Below are positions 9,105 to 18,727 of a stretch of DNA of 60,844 nt, in pieces (positions within the stretch are counted from its first letter, which is position 1; every line of letters begins with the position of its first letter). Location of the stretch: positions 1 to 60,844 of the IMG/VR virus record IMGVR_UViG_3300025687_006674; one strand, given 5' to 3'. The DNA comes from a virus (Duplodnaviria > Caudoviricetes). A program made the position numbers and the translations under genes. The notes below the pieces were generated by a model. The model searched no databases, had not been told where the DNA came from, and saw nothing but the letters and a program-made list of their open reading frames with translations.

Positions 9105-10722
9105 AAAAGTAGATGAAAATTTTGTAAACTACATTAAAAAAAGTGTGGGAATACCTAACGCTGAAATTATACCTATTGAAAATCCGGGTAAGTATTCCCT
9201 TACTGAGGCATATAATATTATATTAGAAAAATCTACAAATGATATTGTGGTGTTTTGTCACGATGACATTTATTTTGAAAAAAATAATTGGGGTAACAAA
9301 GTATTAAAACATTTTAAAAGAAATCCTGAATATGGTATTTTAGGTGTTGCGGGTAGTACAAAACTACCAAAATCTGGTATGTGGTGGGAAGATAAAACTC
9401 GAATGAGAGGAATTGTAAATCACGAACATGAAGGTAAGAAATGGGAATCAAAATATTCAAAAAACTTAGGTAATAAAATTGACGATGTGGTGTTAGTTGA
9501 TGGTTTGTTTTTTGCAATAGATAAAAATAAGACTAAGACTAATTTTGATGAAAGTGTAAAAGGTTTCCATTTATATGATGTAGATTTTTGTTTTAGAAAT
9601 TATCTCGAAGATGTTAAAATAGGTGTTATCTATGATATTAGATTAACACACAAATCTATTGGTATGACAAATCAAGAATGGGAAAACAATAGAATAGAAT
9701 TTTCAGAAAAATATCAAGATAAATTACCCGTTAAAATATCACCTGATATAAACATTGATTCAAAAATAAAAGTTTTACTAAGCTCATTATTGTTTAAAAC
9801 ATATACTGGTTCTGAAATGTATGTTTTTGAACTAGCAAAGTCTCTTACAAAACTTAATTGTGATGTGACAGTAATGTCTGACATAGATGGTCCATTATCT
9901 CGACAAGCAAGACAATATGATATTAAAACAATACCGTTTAATGAACCACCTGGTTATAAAATGGGGGATGGAAAATGGGGTATGAACACACCTGAAGGTT
10001 TTCAACCATCACAACCAAATATGTTGTATAAAGTAAGTGAAGTTGATTTTGACATTGTTCACATTCAGCACAAACCTGTCACTGAAAGAATATTACAACT
10101 ATACCCTTCATTACCAAAAATCGCCACAATACATTCAGAAGTAATTGATTTAGAGGACCCGATAAATGATGAAACTATTTTAAAGTATATCACAATACGT
10201 CCTGAAATAAAAGAAAAAATTACAACGATAGATGGTATCTCAGAAGATAAAGTTGAGGTTGTATACAACCCGATTGATACTACAAAATTTAATACCACTA
10301 ACACTAAAGATGAGGGGTATATACTTTTTGTTGGTACTATAGATTATTTAAGAGAAAATACCATAAAAGACATTTCTAATTACGCAAAAGAAAACAAACG
10401 AGATTTATGGTTAGTTGGAGAAAATAAATCGAATTATTTAAGTGATTTATTAAAAGAACCACATGTCAAACATTTTGAACCAACAACCGATGTACAGAAG
10501 TATGTTAAGAATTGTCATGAAACTGCAGGTATATTATTAGGTAGGACCACTATTGAAAGTTGGTTGTGTGGTAAGAATTCGTGGATATATGATGTTGATA
10601 GTTCTGGTATTATTTTGAATAAAGAGTTAACAACACCACCTGATGATGTGTCTAAATTTAGTTCCATAGAAGTTGCTAAAAAAATAAAAGAAAACTATAT
10701 AGAAATTATTAAACAATGGTAA
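9079..10722 (+). CDS. Two-domain glycosyltransferase (GT-A/GT2-like fused to GT-B/GT4-like)
   Basis: N-terminal FCHDDI...GVAG...DGLF...FHLYDVDF; C-terminal TGSEMYVFELA...VVYNPID...LFVG...GRTTIE. Confidence 0.8.
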   Translation: MITIGFSSKKVDENFVNYIKKSVGIPNAEIIPIENPGKYSLTEAYNIILEKSTNDIVVFCHDDIYFEKNNWGNKVLKHFKRNPEYGILGVAGSTKLPKSGMWWEDKTRMRGIVNHEHEGKKWESKYSKNLGNKIDDVVLVDGLFFAIDKNKTKTNFDESVKGFHLYDVDFCFRNYLEDVKIGVIYDIRLTHKSIGMTNQEWENNRIEFSEKYQDKLPVKISPDINIDSKIKVLLSSLLFKTYTGSEMYVFELAKSLTKLNCDVTVMSDIDGPLSRQARQYDIKTIPFNEPPGYKMGDGKWGMNTPEGFQPSQPNMLYKVSEVDFDIVHIQHKPVTERILQLYPSLPKIATIHSEVIDLEDPINDETILKYITIRPEIKEKITTIDGISEDKVEVVYNPIDTTKFNTTNTKDEGYILFVGTIDYLRENTIKDISNYAKENKRDLWLVGENKSNYLSDLLKEPHVKHFEPTTDVQKYVKNCHETAGILLGRTTIESWLCGKNSWIYDVDSSGIILNKELTTPPDDVSKFSSIEVAKKIKENYIEIIKQW

Positions 10723-11429
10723 TCCTAACTACTACATATAATTGTGAAAATTTTGTTGAACGGTCTCTTTTGACAATAATGAGTCAATCATACGGAAATT
10801 TTAAATGTTACATTACTGACGATTTATCTACAGATAATACGGTCAATGTAATTAAGAAAACTATTAAAGGTGATGATAGATTTATTCTCATCGAGAATAA
10901 AGAAAAAATGTATCAACCAGGTAACTATGACCAAGTTATTAGAGATAATGAAGACATTTCAGATTATGAAATCTGTGTTGAAGTCGATGGTGATGATTGG
11001 TTACCCGATAGGTTTACGTTACAGAGAATACACGATTTTTATCAAAACAATGATGTTTGGTTAGCTAATGGTTGTTTTAAATATAATGATGGAAGACCTG
11101 GATTTGCCAAACCACCAATAAAATTTGAGAATGTTAGACAAGAAGTTTTTACTCTTTCTCACATTAGAACGTGGAAAGCATTTCTATGGAGAAAAATTTT
11201 ACAAGAAGATTTAAAAGATGAAAATGGTAAATATTGGTCCGTGGCAGGTGATTTAGCCTTTATGTACCCAATGTTTGAAATGTCAGGAAAAGAACATTAT
11301 GGATTCATGACAGATATTAATTATGTTTACAATGAATCAAACCCACTTAACGACCATAAAGTCAATATGTCAAAGGTACAACAAACAGTGGTAAAAATTA
11401 GAAATAAAAAACCTTATAACAAAATATAA
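10716..11429 (+). CDS. Glycosyltransferase family 2
   Basis: TTYNCE, ITDDLSTD, VDGDDW. Confidence 0.85.
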   Translation: MVILTTTYNCENFVERSLLTIMSQSYGNFKCYITDDLSTDNTVNVIKKTIKGDDRFILIENKEKMYQPGNYDQVIRDNEDISDYEICVEVDGDDWLPDRFTLQRIHDFYQNNDVWLANGCFKYNDGRPGFAKPPIKFENVRQEVFTLSHIRTWKAFLWRKILQEDLKDENGKYWSVAGDLAFMYPMFEMSGKEHYGFMTDINYVYNESNPLNDHKVNMSKVQQTVVKIRNKKPYNKI

Positions 11430-11430
11430 T

Positions 11431-12615
11431 ATGAAAGAAAAAATTAATTTATTCCAAGTTTTTATGTCACCAAATGCAAGTGACGAAGTAACTAAAGTTT
11501 TAAATAGTGGTTATATCGGACAAGGACCTAAAGTTGAGGAGTTTGAAAAAGATTTAAGAAAATTCTTCAATCATGATTACGTATCAACATTAAATTCAGG
11601 TACTTCAGGATTACATTTAGCACTACACTTATTAAAAAAACCAAGTAATAATACGAAAGTTTTTGATGGTCTTGCATCTACGACATCATATTGGCCAGGA
11701 CTAAAAGATGGTGATGAAGTATTAGCAACACCTATGACATGTACCGCATCTAATTGGCCAATCTTAGCTAATGGGCTAAAAATAAAATGGGTTGATATTG
11801 ACCCGACTACATTAAATATGGATTTGGATGATTTAGCAAGAAAAATAACACCAAAGACTAAAGTTATTATGTTAGTTCATTGGGGTGGATATCCTAACGA
11901 TTTAGACAAGATTAAGAAAATTCAACAGGACGCTTACTTGCGTTTTGGATTTAAACCGGCGGTTATTGAGGACGGAGCACATTCATTTGGTTCTGAATAT
12001 AAAAGTAAAAAAATAGGAGGTCATGGTAATTTAACCATGTTCTCATTACAAGCAATTAAACACATAACATCTATAGATGGTGGATTACTTTTGTCACCAC
12101 ATAAAGAATTACATCAAAGAGGTAAGTTATTAAGATGGTATGGTATTGACCGAGATAGTGACCGAAAAGATTTTAGATGTGAAGCCGATGTTGAAGAATG
12201 GGGTTTTAAATTCCACATGAATGATGTGTGTGCAACTGTAGGAATAGAAAATTTAAAACACTTTAAAGACATTGTTGGTAAACATCGTGAGAACGCTAAA
12301 TTTTATGATGAACATTTGTCTGATGTTAAAGGCCTCACATTATTAAAAAGAGAAAAAGGTTTTGATTCAGCTTTTTGGATTTATTCTATGTTAGTCGATG
12401 ATAGAGACGGTTTTTATAAATGGATGGATGAATGTGGTATTGCAGTTTCACAAGTTCATGAAAGAAATGATAAACACACTTGTGTACAAGAGTTTAGAAC
12501 AGCATTACCGTCATTAGATAAAACAATAGGAAAAATTGTTTCTATACCCGTTGGTTGGTGGGTAACAGAAGAACAAAGACAATATATTGTTGATTGTATA
12601 AAAAAAGGTTGGTAA
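11431..12615 (+). CDS. DegT/DnrJ/EryC1 sugar aminotransferase (perosamine-synthase-like, catalytic Lys present)
   Basis: NSGTSGLHLAL, GDEV, VHWGG, IEDGAHSFG, FSLQAIKHITSIDGG. Confidence 0.9.
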   Translation: MKEKINLFQVFMSPNASDEVTKVLNSGYIGQGPKVEEFEKDLRKFFNHDYVSTLNSGTSGLHLALHLLKKPSNNTKVFDGLASTTSYWPGLKDGDEVLATPMTCTASNWPILANGLKIKWVDIDPTTLNMDLDDLARKITPKTKVIMLVHWGGYPNDLDKIKKIQQDAYLRFGFKPAVIEDGAHSFGSEYKSKKIGGHGNLTMFSLQAIKHITSIDGGLLLSPHKELHQRGKLLRWYGIDRDSDRKDFRCEADVEEWGFKFHMNDVCATVGIENLKHFKDIVGKHRENAKFYDEHLSDVKGLTLLKREKGFDSAFWIYSMLVDDRDGFYKWMDECGIAVSQVHERNDKHTCVQEFRTALPSLDKTIGKIVSIPVGWWVTEEQRQYIVDCIKKGW

Positions 12616-13808
12616 TGATTTCATTAAGAAAAATAGAATATAAAGATTTAGAATTTGTATCGGAGGTTAGAAATGAATGTTCTTTTGAATTTTTACATAA
12701 TTCAAGAATATTTACTATTTCAGAAACTATCGAGTGGTTTAAAAATACTAACCCGTATTGGTTTATAATAGAAATTGATAATCATAAGATTGGTTATTTT
12801 AGAACATCTAATTATAAACCTGAAGAAAATTCTATTTACATTGGATGTGACATACACAAAGAATTTAGAGGTAGAGGATATGGTTATGAATCGTATTTAA
12901 CCTTTATTGATTTTTTATATAAAGAAAAAAATATAAACACTATTAATTTAGAAGTTTTATCTACAAACATTGTGGCTAAAAAATTATATCAAAAATTGGG
13001 GTTCAAAAATTTTGAAGAAAAGGATACCATTATTGAAAAAAATGGAAGTTCAGTTAAATCTGAATTTTGGTCTCTAAAGAAATCTAAAGTTTGTTATATT
13101 ATAAATTTTTATTTTGGAAAGAGGAGAAACCGAGTAACACCAATTTACAATGAAGATAAGTTATGTTTTCTTAAAAAACATATAGAATTATTAAACAAAC
13201 TTAAGCACAATATAGATAAAGTAATCTTTAATTTTAATGTAGACCCATCCGATTATTCTACTGTAAACAATGCATTAAAAATAACACCTAAAAAAATTAA
13301 TAAAACTAATATAGAAGTTAAGTTAAGACAAAACTTTGGTATGAGTTATGGTGCATGGTCAGACAATTTTATAGATAATAAAGACAAGTATGATTATTTT
13401 ATTTTTAATGAGGATGATTATTTTTTTATAATAGATTATTTTGACCAAATATTGATTAATAAATTTGAATCTAAAGAAAATGCAGGGTACTTGTGTGGGT
13501 TGGTTTTAGAATCTAAAATTCATCCTTTACATGCAGCACACGCGACTGGTATTTCATCAAATAAAGTCTTATCTGAAGTTGTTAAAAAGTTTGGTGAATT
13601 ACCTCATGATAAAAGTAATAATTATGCTTTAGTAGAAACAAATTCACAGGTTAGACAAACAAATTCTATGGTTGGGATGGGTTATATGTTATATGATTTA
13701 GGTGATGAATATAGAATAAATTTTGACGGTTTGGGAAGAATTAAAAGCTACTACACTGAAAATAATAAACTAATATTAGAACCCTGGATTAATGTCTATC
13801 AACCCTAA
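12615..13808 (+). CDS. GNAT N-acetyltransferase fused to a glycosyltransferase-like domain
   Basis: FRGRGYG...LEVLSTNIVAKKLYQKLGF (GNAT); C-terminal RQNFGMSYGAW...FNEDDY. Start taken at the TAATG-coupled ATG. Confidence 0.75.
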   Translation: MISLRKIEYKDLEFVSEVRNECSFEFLHNSRIFTISETIEWFKNTNPYWFIIEIDNHKIGYFRTSNYKPEENSIYIGCDIHKEFRGRGYGYESYLTFIDFLYKEKNINTINLEVLSTNIVAKKLYQKLGFKNFEEKDTIIEKNGSSVKSEFWSLKKSKVCYIINFYFGKRRNRVTPIYNEDKLCFLKKHIELLNKLKHNIDKVIFNFNVDPSDYSTVNNALKITPKKINKTNIEVKLRQNFGMSYGAWSDNFIDNKDKYDYFIFNEDDYFFIIDYFDQILINKFESKENAGYLCGLVLESKIHPLHAAHATGISSNKVLSEVVKKFGELPHDKSNNYALVETNSQVRQTNSMVGMGYMLYDLGDEYRINFDGLGRIKSYYTENNKLILEPWINVYQP

Positions 13809-14505
13809 AGTATCAATATCTATTGCAACATATGAAGCCGATGGTAAAGGACTTTTTTTTATTAAAAAAAATGTTGAGTCTTTTTTATCACAAACATATG
13901 AGAATTTAGAATTAGTAATTTCAGACCATTCTATAAATTATGACATTAAAAATTATATTGATATACTAAATAATGATAAAATTATTTATGTAAGAAATGA
14001 AAAAGATAGGGGACTCCAAGTAGAAAATATAAATAACGCCATTTTAAATTGTTCAGGTGATTATGTTAAACTAATAAATCATGATGATTATATGGAATCA
14101 CAGAAAACTATTGAATTAATGGTTGATTTATTAGACGATGAACATAAATGGGTGATATCGAGTTGTAAACATCTTAATTATGAAACCAAAGAGATTTACA
14201 ATTTTCACAACCCAAGAATTGAGTCGGATGGTACCCATTTATTATCGGGTTTAAACTATGTAGGTTGCCCAAGTGTGGGTTTAATACCTAATGGTGTTTT
14301 ACTAGACACCAATGTAAAATATATGGGAGATTGTGAATTGTGGTTCCGTTTATTTAAAGATTATGGTATGCCGTCTTTTTTAGGGGGACATAATGTAGTT
14401 ATTGGTATGGGTAACCACACATTGACAAGAAAATTTGCCTCAAAACACTCAGAAATGTTAAGAAATGACATTATATATTGTAAGGAAAAATATAACATAA
14501 CATAA
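13792..14505 (+). CDS. Glycosyltransferase family 2
   Basis: VSISIATY, SQTYENLELVISD, NHDD, GCPS, DCELW. Confidence 0.85.
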   Translation: MSINPKVSISIATYEADGKGLFFIKKNVESFLSQTYENLELVISDHSINYDIKNYIDILNNDKIIYVRNEKDRGLQVENINNAILNCSGDYVKLINHDDYMESQKTIELMVDLLDDEHKWVISSCKHLNYETKEIYNFHNPRIESDGTHLLSGLNYVGCPSVGLIPNGVLLDTNVKYMGDCELWFRLFKDYGMPSFLGGHNVVIGMGNHTLTRKFASKHSEMLRNDIIYCKEKYNIT

Positions 14506-15296
14506 TGGAAAAACTAAAAGTATTTTCGAATTTTGGGTTTGGATTTGATATGGATGTTATTGAACCATGCGAATTGTATGTTGATAAGATACCAACAACA
14601 CCTAAAAATTCAGTTAGATTTTTATGGGTTATTGAACCTGATGAAGTTTCTAAAATGAAACAAAGAATTATAGATAATCACGATAAATATGATTTTATTT
14701 TAGCATACGATACCGATATTCTTTCTAAATGTAAAAATTCAATTCTATTTCCTTATGGAACGACATGGATTAAAGATTTTGATTTTACAAAGGAAAAAGA
14801 ATATTCAATAACCTCTATTGTTGGTGGTAAAAAAATGTGTTCTAATCATCCATTGAGACATTTACTAATTGATAAAGTGAATGATGTTACAAACATACCA
14901 GTTAATTTATATAATAGTGTAAATAAACCATATGTTGGGGTAAAAAACTTAAAGACAATCCAAAGTAAAACATATAAAAATGAAGTTTTTTACTCTCAAT
15001 TTCATATTGCAATAGAAAATACGACACAAGATAATTGGTTTACAGAAAAACTTATTGATTGCTTTCAAAGTAAGACAGTACCTATTTATATCGGTTGTCC
15101 AAACATAGGTGATTTTTTTGATGTTAATGGTATTATTCATGCAACAGATTTAGATGATTTAATAGAAAAATGTAAATCAATTAATGAAAACACCTATTCA
15201 AATATGTTAGAGTCAATAGAAAGAAACTACGAACTTAGTTTTAAGTATTCTGACCATATTAAATCATTAAGTGAGAAAATAACTGAACTGATATGA
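14505..15296 (+). CDS. GT10 (alpha-1,3-fucosyltransferase-like)
   Basis: FHIAIEN...WFTEKLIDCF...VPIYIG, the GT10 donor-binding motif. Confidence 0.8.
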   Translation: MEKLKVFSNFGFGFDMDVIEPCELYVDKIPTTPKNSVRFLWVIEPDEVSKMKQRIIDNHDKYDFILAYDTDILSKCKNSILFPYGTTWIKDFDFTKEKEYSITSIVGGKKMCSNHPLRHLLIDKVNDVTNIPVNLYNSVNKPYVGVKNLKTIQSKTYKNEVFYSQFHIAIENTTQDNWFTEKLIDCFQSKTVPIYIGCPNIGDFFDVNGIIHATDLDDLIEKCKSINENTYSNMLESIERNYELSFKYSDHIKSLSEKITELI

Positions 15297-16075
15297 TGAA
15301 CACAGTGTCATGTAGAATTATGGGTGGATTAGGTAATTATCTTTTTCAGATTGCCACGGCATTTGCAATAAGTAAAAGAGATAATAAAAAAATGATTATC
15401 GATACATCTGATAATATGGTCCCACATAAACCTTATAAAAATTATATTAATAACATTTTTAGAAATATTGAATTCACTAACAATTATAAAGACTTTGTTA
15501 GAGTAAACCAAAATGGATTTAACTATTCTGACATACCTTTTGTAGAAGGAAATGTAAAACTTTTTGGATATTTTCAGAGTGAAAAATATTTTGAAAATTA
15601 TAGGGACGAAGTATTAGAATTATTTTCGATAGATGAGAATACTAACAACTACATTAAAGAAAAGTACTCCACTTTATTAGAAGGGGATACATGTTCAATA
15701 CACGTTAGACGAGGAGACTATGTAAGATTAAGTCAGTATCATTATTTACAAAATGTTGACTATTATAAATCAGCTTATGAATATATGGGAAAAGAAAAAA
15801 AGTATTTAATTTTTTCTGATGATATTGAGTGGTGTAAGGAAAATTTGAAATTTATTGAAAATTCATATTTTATTGAGGGTAATACTGATTATCAAGATTT
15901 GTATCTTATGTCTTTATGTAAAAATAATATAACATGTAATTCCACTTTTAGTTGGTGGGGTGCATGGTTAAATAAAAATAATAAAATTGTCACAATACCA
16001 TCAAGATGGTTTGGACCTCAAAATTCACATTTACCTACCGAAGATTTGTATTGTGAAGAATGGATAAAAATATAA
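15293..16075 (+). CDS. GT11 (alpha-1,2-fucosyl/colitosyltransferase)
   Basis: GGLGNYLFQ, GYFQSEKYF, HVRRGDY, IFSDD, NSTFSWWGAWL. Confidence 0.92.
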   Translation: MMNTVSCRIMGGLGNYLFQIATAFAISKRDNKKMIIDTSDNMVPHKPYKNYINNIFRNIEFTNNYKDFVRVNQNGFNYSDIPFVEGNVKLFGYFQSEKYFENYRDEVLELFSIDENTNNYIKEKYSTLLEGDTCSIHVRRGDYVRLSQYHYLQNVDYYKSAYEYMGKEKKYLIFSDDIEWCKENLKFIENSYFIEGNTDYQDLYLMSLCKNNITCNSTFSWWGAWLNKNNKIVTIPSRWFGPQNSHLPTEDLYCEEWIKI

Positions 16076-16079
16076 TTAA

Positions 16080-16991
16080 ATGAAAGATAAAATTTTAGTT
16101 ACAGGGGGGTCAGGTATGGTTGGAAATTCCCTCCAAAAATTTTTACCTGATGCGATTTACATATCATCAAAAGATTATGACTTAACAAATGAGTCAGATG
16201 TAATTTCTATGTTTGAAAAATACAAACCTAATATTGTGGTTCACTTAGCAGCAAAGGTTGGGGGTATTATAGATAACATTGAAAAACCATATGAGTATTT
16301 TGTTGAAAACATTAGAATGAACACATATATGGTTGAACACTCATATAAAAATGGTGTAGAACAATTTATAGGAATACTATCAACATGTATATATCCTGAT
16401 ACCGTAGAGAACTATCCAATGAAGGAAGAGGACTTGCATTTGGGTCCACCAACCATGACAAACTTTTCGTATGGTTATGCTAAAAGATGTTTGGCAGTAC
16501 AAATTGATGCATTAAATAAAGAGTACGGGACAAAGTATCAATATCTAACACCTTGTAATCTTTATGGTGAACATGATAAAACAGGACATAATAGTCACTT
16601 CGTTGCGGCATTATTAGAAAAAATATCAATAGCAGATAAAAACAAAAAAGACGAAATACAACTATTTGGTACTGGTACACCATTAAGACAATTTATGCAT
16701 TCGGACGATTTAGCTTGGGTTATACATGAATGTATTGATAAGAAAATTTATGAAAGTTTTAATGTTGCAACTGAAGAAAATTTATCAATAAAACAAATGG
16801 CTGAGATGTCATTAGAAACCCTAAATCTAACACACATTAAATTAAATTTTGACATCACAAAACCTGATGGTCAATATAGAAAAGACGTTTCTATTGATAA
16901 ATTAAAACATTTACTTACAGATTTCAAACCATTACCTTTTAAAGAAGGTATAAAAAGGGTTTATGATAAAATTAGTAAGCGACACGATTGA
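16080..16991 (+). CDS. fcl: GDP-L-fucose synthase / GDP-colitose synthase (Fcl/ColC family)
   Basis: TGGSGMVG, HLAAKVGGI, STCIYP, YGYAKR, PCNLYG, GTGTPLRQF, KPDG. Confidence 0.88.
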   Translation: MKDKILVTGGSGMVGNSLQKFLPDAIYISSKDYDLTNESDVISMFEKYKPNIVVHLAAKVGGIIDNIEKPYEYFVENIRMNTYMVEHSYKNGVEQFIGILSTCIYPDTVENYPMKEEDLHLGPPTMTNFSYGYAKRCLAVQIDALNKEYGTKYQYLTPCNLYGEHDKTGHNSHFVAALLEKISIADKNKKDEIQLFGTGTPLRQFMHSDDLAWVIHECIDKKIYESFNVATEENLSIKQMAEMSLETLNLTHIKLNFDITKPDGQYRKDVSIDKLKHLLTDFKPLPFKEGIKRVYDKISKRHD

Positions 16992-18114
16992 CAAAAATGA
17001 TATAAATCATTTAGTAGAATGGTTATCTCAAGATGAGATTCCAAGATTAACTAAGGGTGAACTCACATTAGAATTAGAAAAAAAGTGGGCGGAAAAAATA
17101 GGAACAAAGTATTCTGTTTTTGTAAACTCAGGTTCATCATCAATTCTATTGACTTTAGCGGCACTATTAGAATCAGGAAAATTAAAAAACAAGAAAATAG
17201 TTGTTCCTGGTTTAAGTTGGGCTACTGATGTTAGTAGTCCTATGTTATTAGGTTATGAGACATTTTTATGTGATTGTAATTTAGATGATTTATCTTGTGA
17301 CCTAACACATTTAGAACAAATTTTTAAAGAACAAAATCCATCTGTTTTAATTTTAGTTTCACCTTTAGGTTTAGTCCCAAAAATGGATGAAGTAAAAGAA
17401 TTATGTGATAATTACGGTGTTCTTTTATTGGAAGATGTTTGTGAAAGTATGGGTTCAAAATATAAAGAACAATATCTTGGTTCTTTTGGTTTTGCATCTT
17501 TTTATTCAATGTACTTTGGTCATCACCTATCAACTATTGAAGGTGGTTTTATTAATACAAATGATGAGGATTTCTACCACCTTTTATTAATGATGAGAAG
17601 TCACGGATGGGATAGAGATTTACCTAAAGAAGCACAAGAAAAAATTAGAGAAAAATACAAATCAAATAACTTCACATCTCTTTATAATTTTTACGTACCA
17701 GGAATGAATTTACGTTCCACCGATTTACAGGCATTTATTGGGTTAAGAGCAATCGAAAAGTTAGATAAGTACAGTCTTATTCGTAATAATAATTTTACCA
17801 AGTATAAATCACTATTAAGAAACAATGATTTACCACTAACAAGTAGAAAAGATGATTTTGTTTCAAGTTTTGCAATTCCTATAGTGAATAAAAATAGAGA
17901 TTTAATTGTTGAAGAATTATCTAAGAATGGTATTGAAGTACGACCTTTAATTGCTGGTAATATGGCAAATAAACCAATGTGGTTTTTAAAATATGGTAAG
18001 GTATCTCTTAGTAATTGTGAAATGATTGATGAGTATGGATTTTATGTACCGAACCATCAGGATTTAAAAAATGAAGACATTAAAAAGATAACCGATATTA
18101 TTAACAAATATTAG
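16963..18114 (+). CDS. colD: GDP-4-keto-6-deoxy-D-mannose 3-dehydratase (ColD-like; His replaces the catalytic Lys)
   Basis: VNSGSS, EDVCESMG, SMYFGHHLSTIEGG (His at the PLP-Lys position), RSHGWDRDLP, EVRPLIAGN; lies between fcl and gmd. Confidence 0.75.
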   Translation: MIKLVSDTIDKNDINHLVEWLSQDEIPRLTKGELTLELEKKWAEKIGTKYSVFVNSGSSSILLTLAALLESGKLKNKKIVVPGLSWATDVSSPMLLGYETFLCDCNLDDLSCDLTHLEQIFKEQNPSVLILVSPLGLVPKMDEVKELCDNYGVLLLEDVCESMGSKYKEQYLGSFGFASFYSMYFGHHLSTIEGGFINTNDEDFYHLLLMMRSHGWDRDLPKEAQEKIREKYKSNNFTSLYNFYVPGMNLRSTDLQAFIGLRAIEKLDKYSLIRNNNFTKYKSLLRNNDLPLTSRKDDFVSSFAIPIVNKNRDLIVEELSKNGIEVRPLIAGNMANKPMWFLKYGKVSLSNCEMIDEYGFYVPNHQDLKNEDIKKITDIINKY

Positions 18115-18118
18115 TAAA

Positions 18119-18727
18119 ATGAGTATTGGTTTATATAATGAAAAATTAAACATAGAATTCTATCACATACCAAAAAATGGTATGACTACAATGTTAGTGG
18201 AGTTTAAGTTTTCTTGGAAAGATTATAAGGAAATACCAAACGACAGAAAAATTATTGCGATTATTAGAGAACCTATTGACAGATTTATTTCTTCTTACAT
18301 ACACTTTATAAAACACTATAGAGATGGAAACACTGAACAAACATTTAGAAAAATATCGATGGATAGAAAGTATATAATCGATAAAAATTATAATAACTGC
18401 CAAGGTGTTGAAACATTTTTATCAGAGATTGAAGAAAATGGATTTTTTGATAATCATAATCTACCCCAAATTTCATATTTAGAGGGAACTAATTTACCGG
18501 GTCATATATCATCTAATAGAAGTATTAATAAAATAACAAATTTCATAAAGTTTGATAAGATAAGTGAAGATATATCTGAAGTTTTGAATGAAGATATAAC
18601 TTTACCTGTACGTAATAAAGGAAACGATTCAATACGTACACAAATAGAAAATTGTGTTGAGAAGTTTAGAACTCGTATCGAAAAATTATATGAAGAAGAT
18701 TACAAATTATATAATAAAATATCATGA
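18119..18727 (+). CDS. Sulfotransferase (Sulfotransfer_2-like)
   Basis: 5'-PSB-like HIPKNGMTT, 3'-PB-like REPIDRFISSY, H..PQ, terminal YEEDY. Confidence 0.75.
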   Translation: MSIGLYNEKLNIEFYHIPKNGMTTMLVEFKFSWKDYKEIPNDRKIIAIIREPIDRFISSYIHFIKHYRDGNTEQTFRKISMDRKYIIDKNYNNCQGVETFLSEIEENGFFDNHNLPQISYLEGTNLPGHISSNRSINKITNFIKFDKISEDISEVLNEDITLPVRNKGNDSIRTQIENCVEKFRTRIEKLYEEDYKLYNKIS

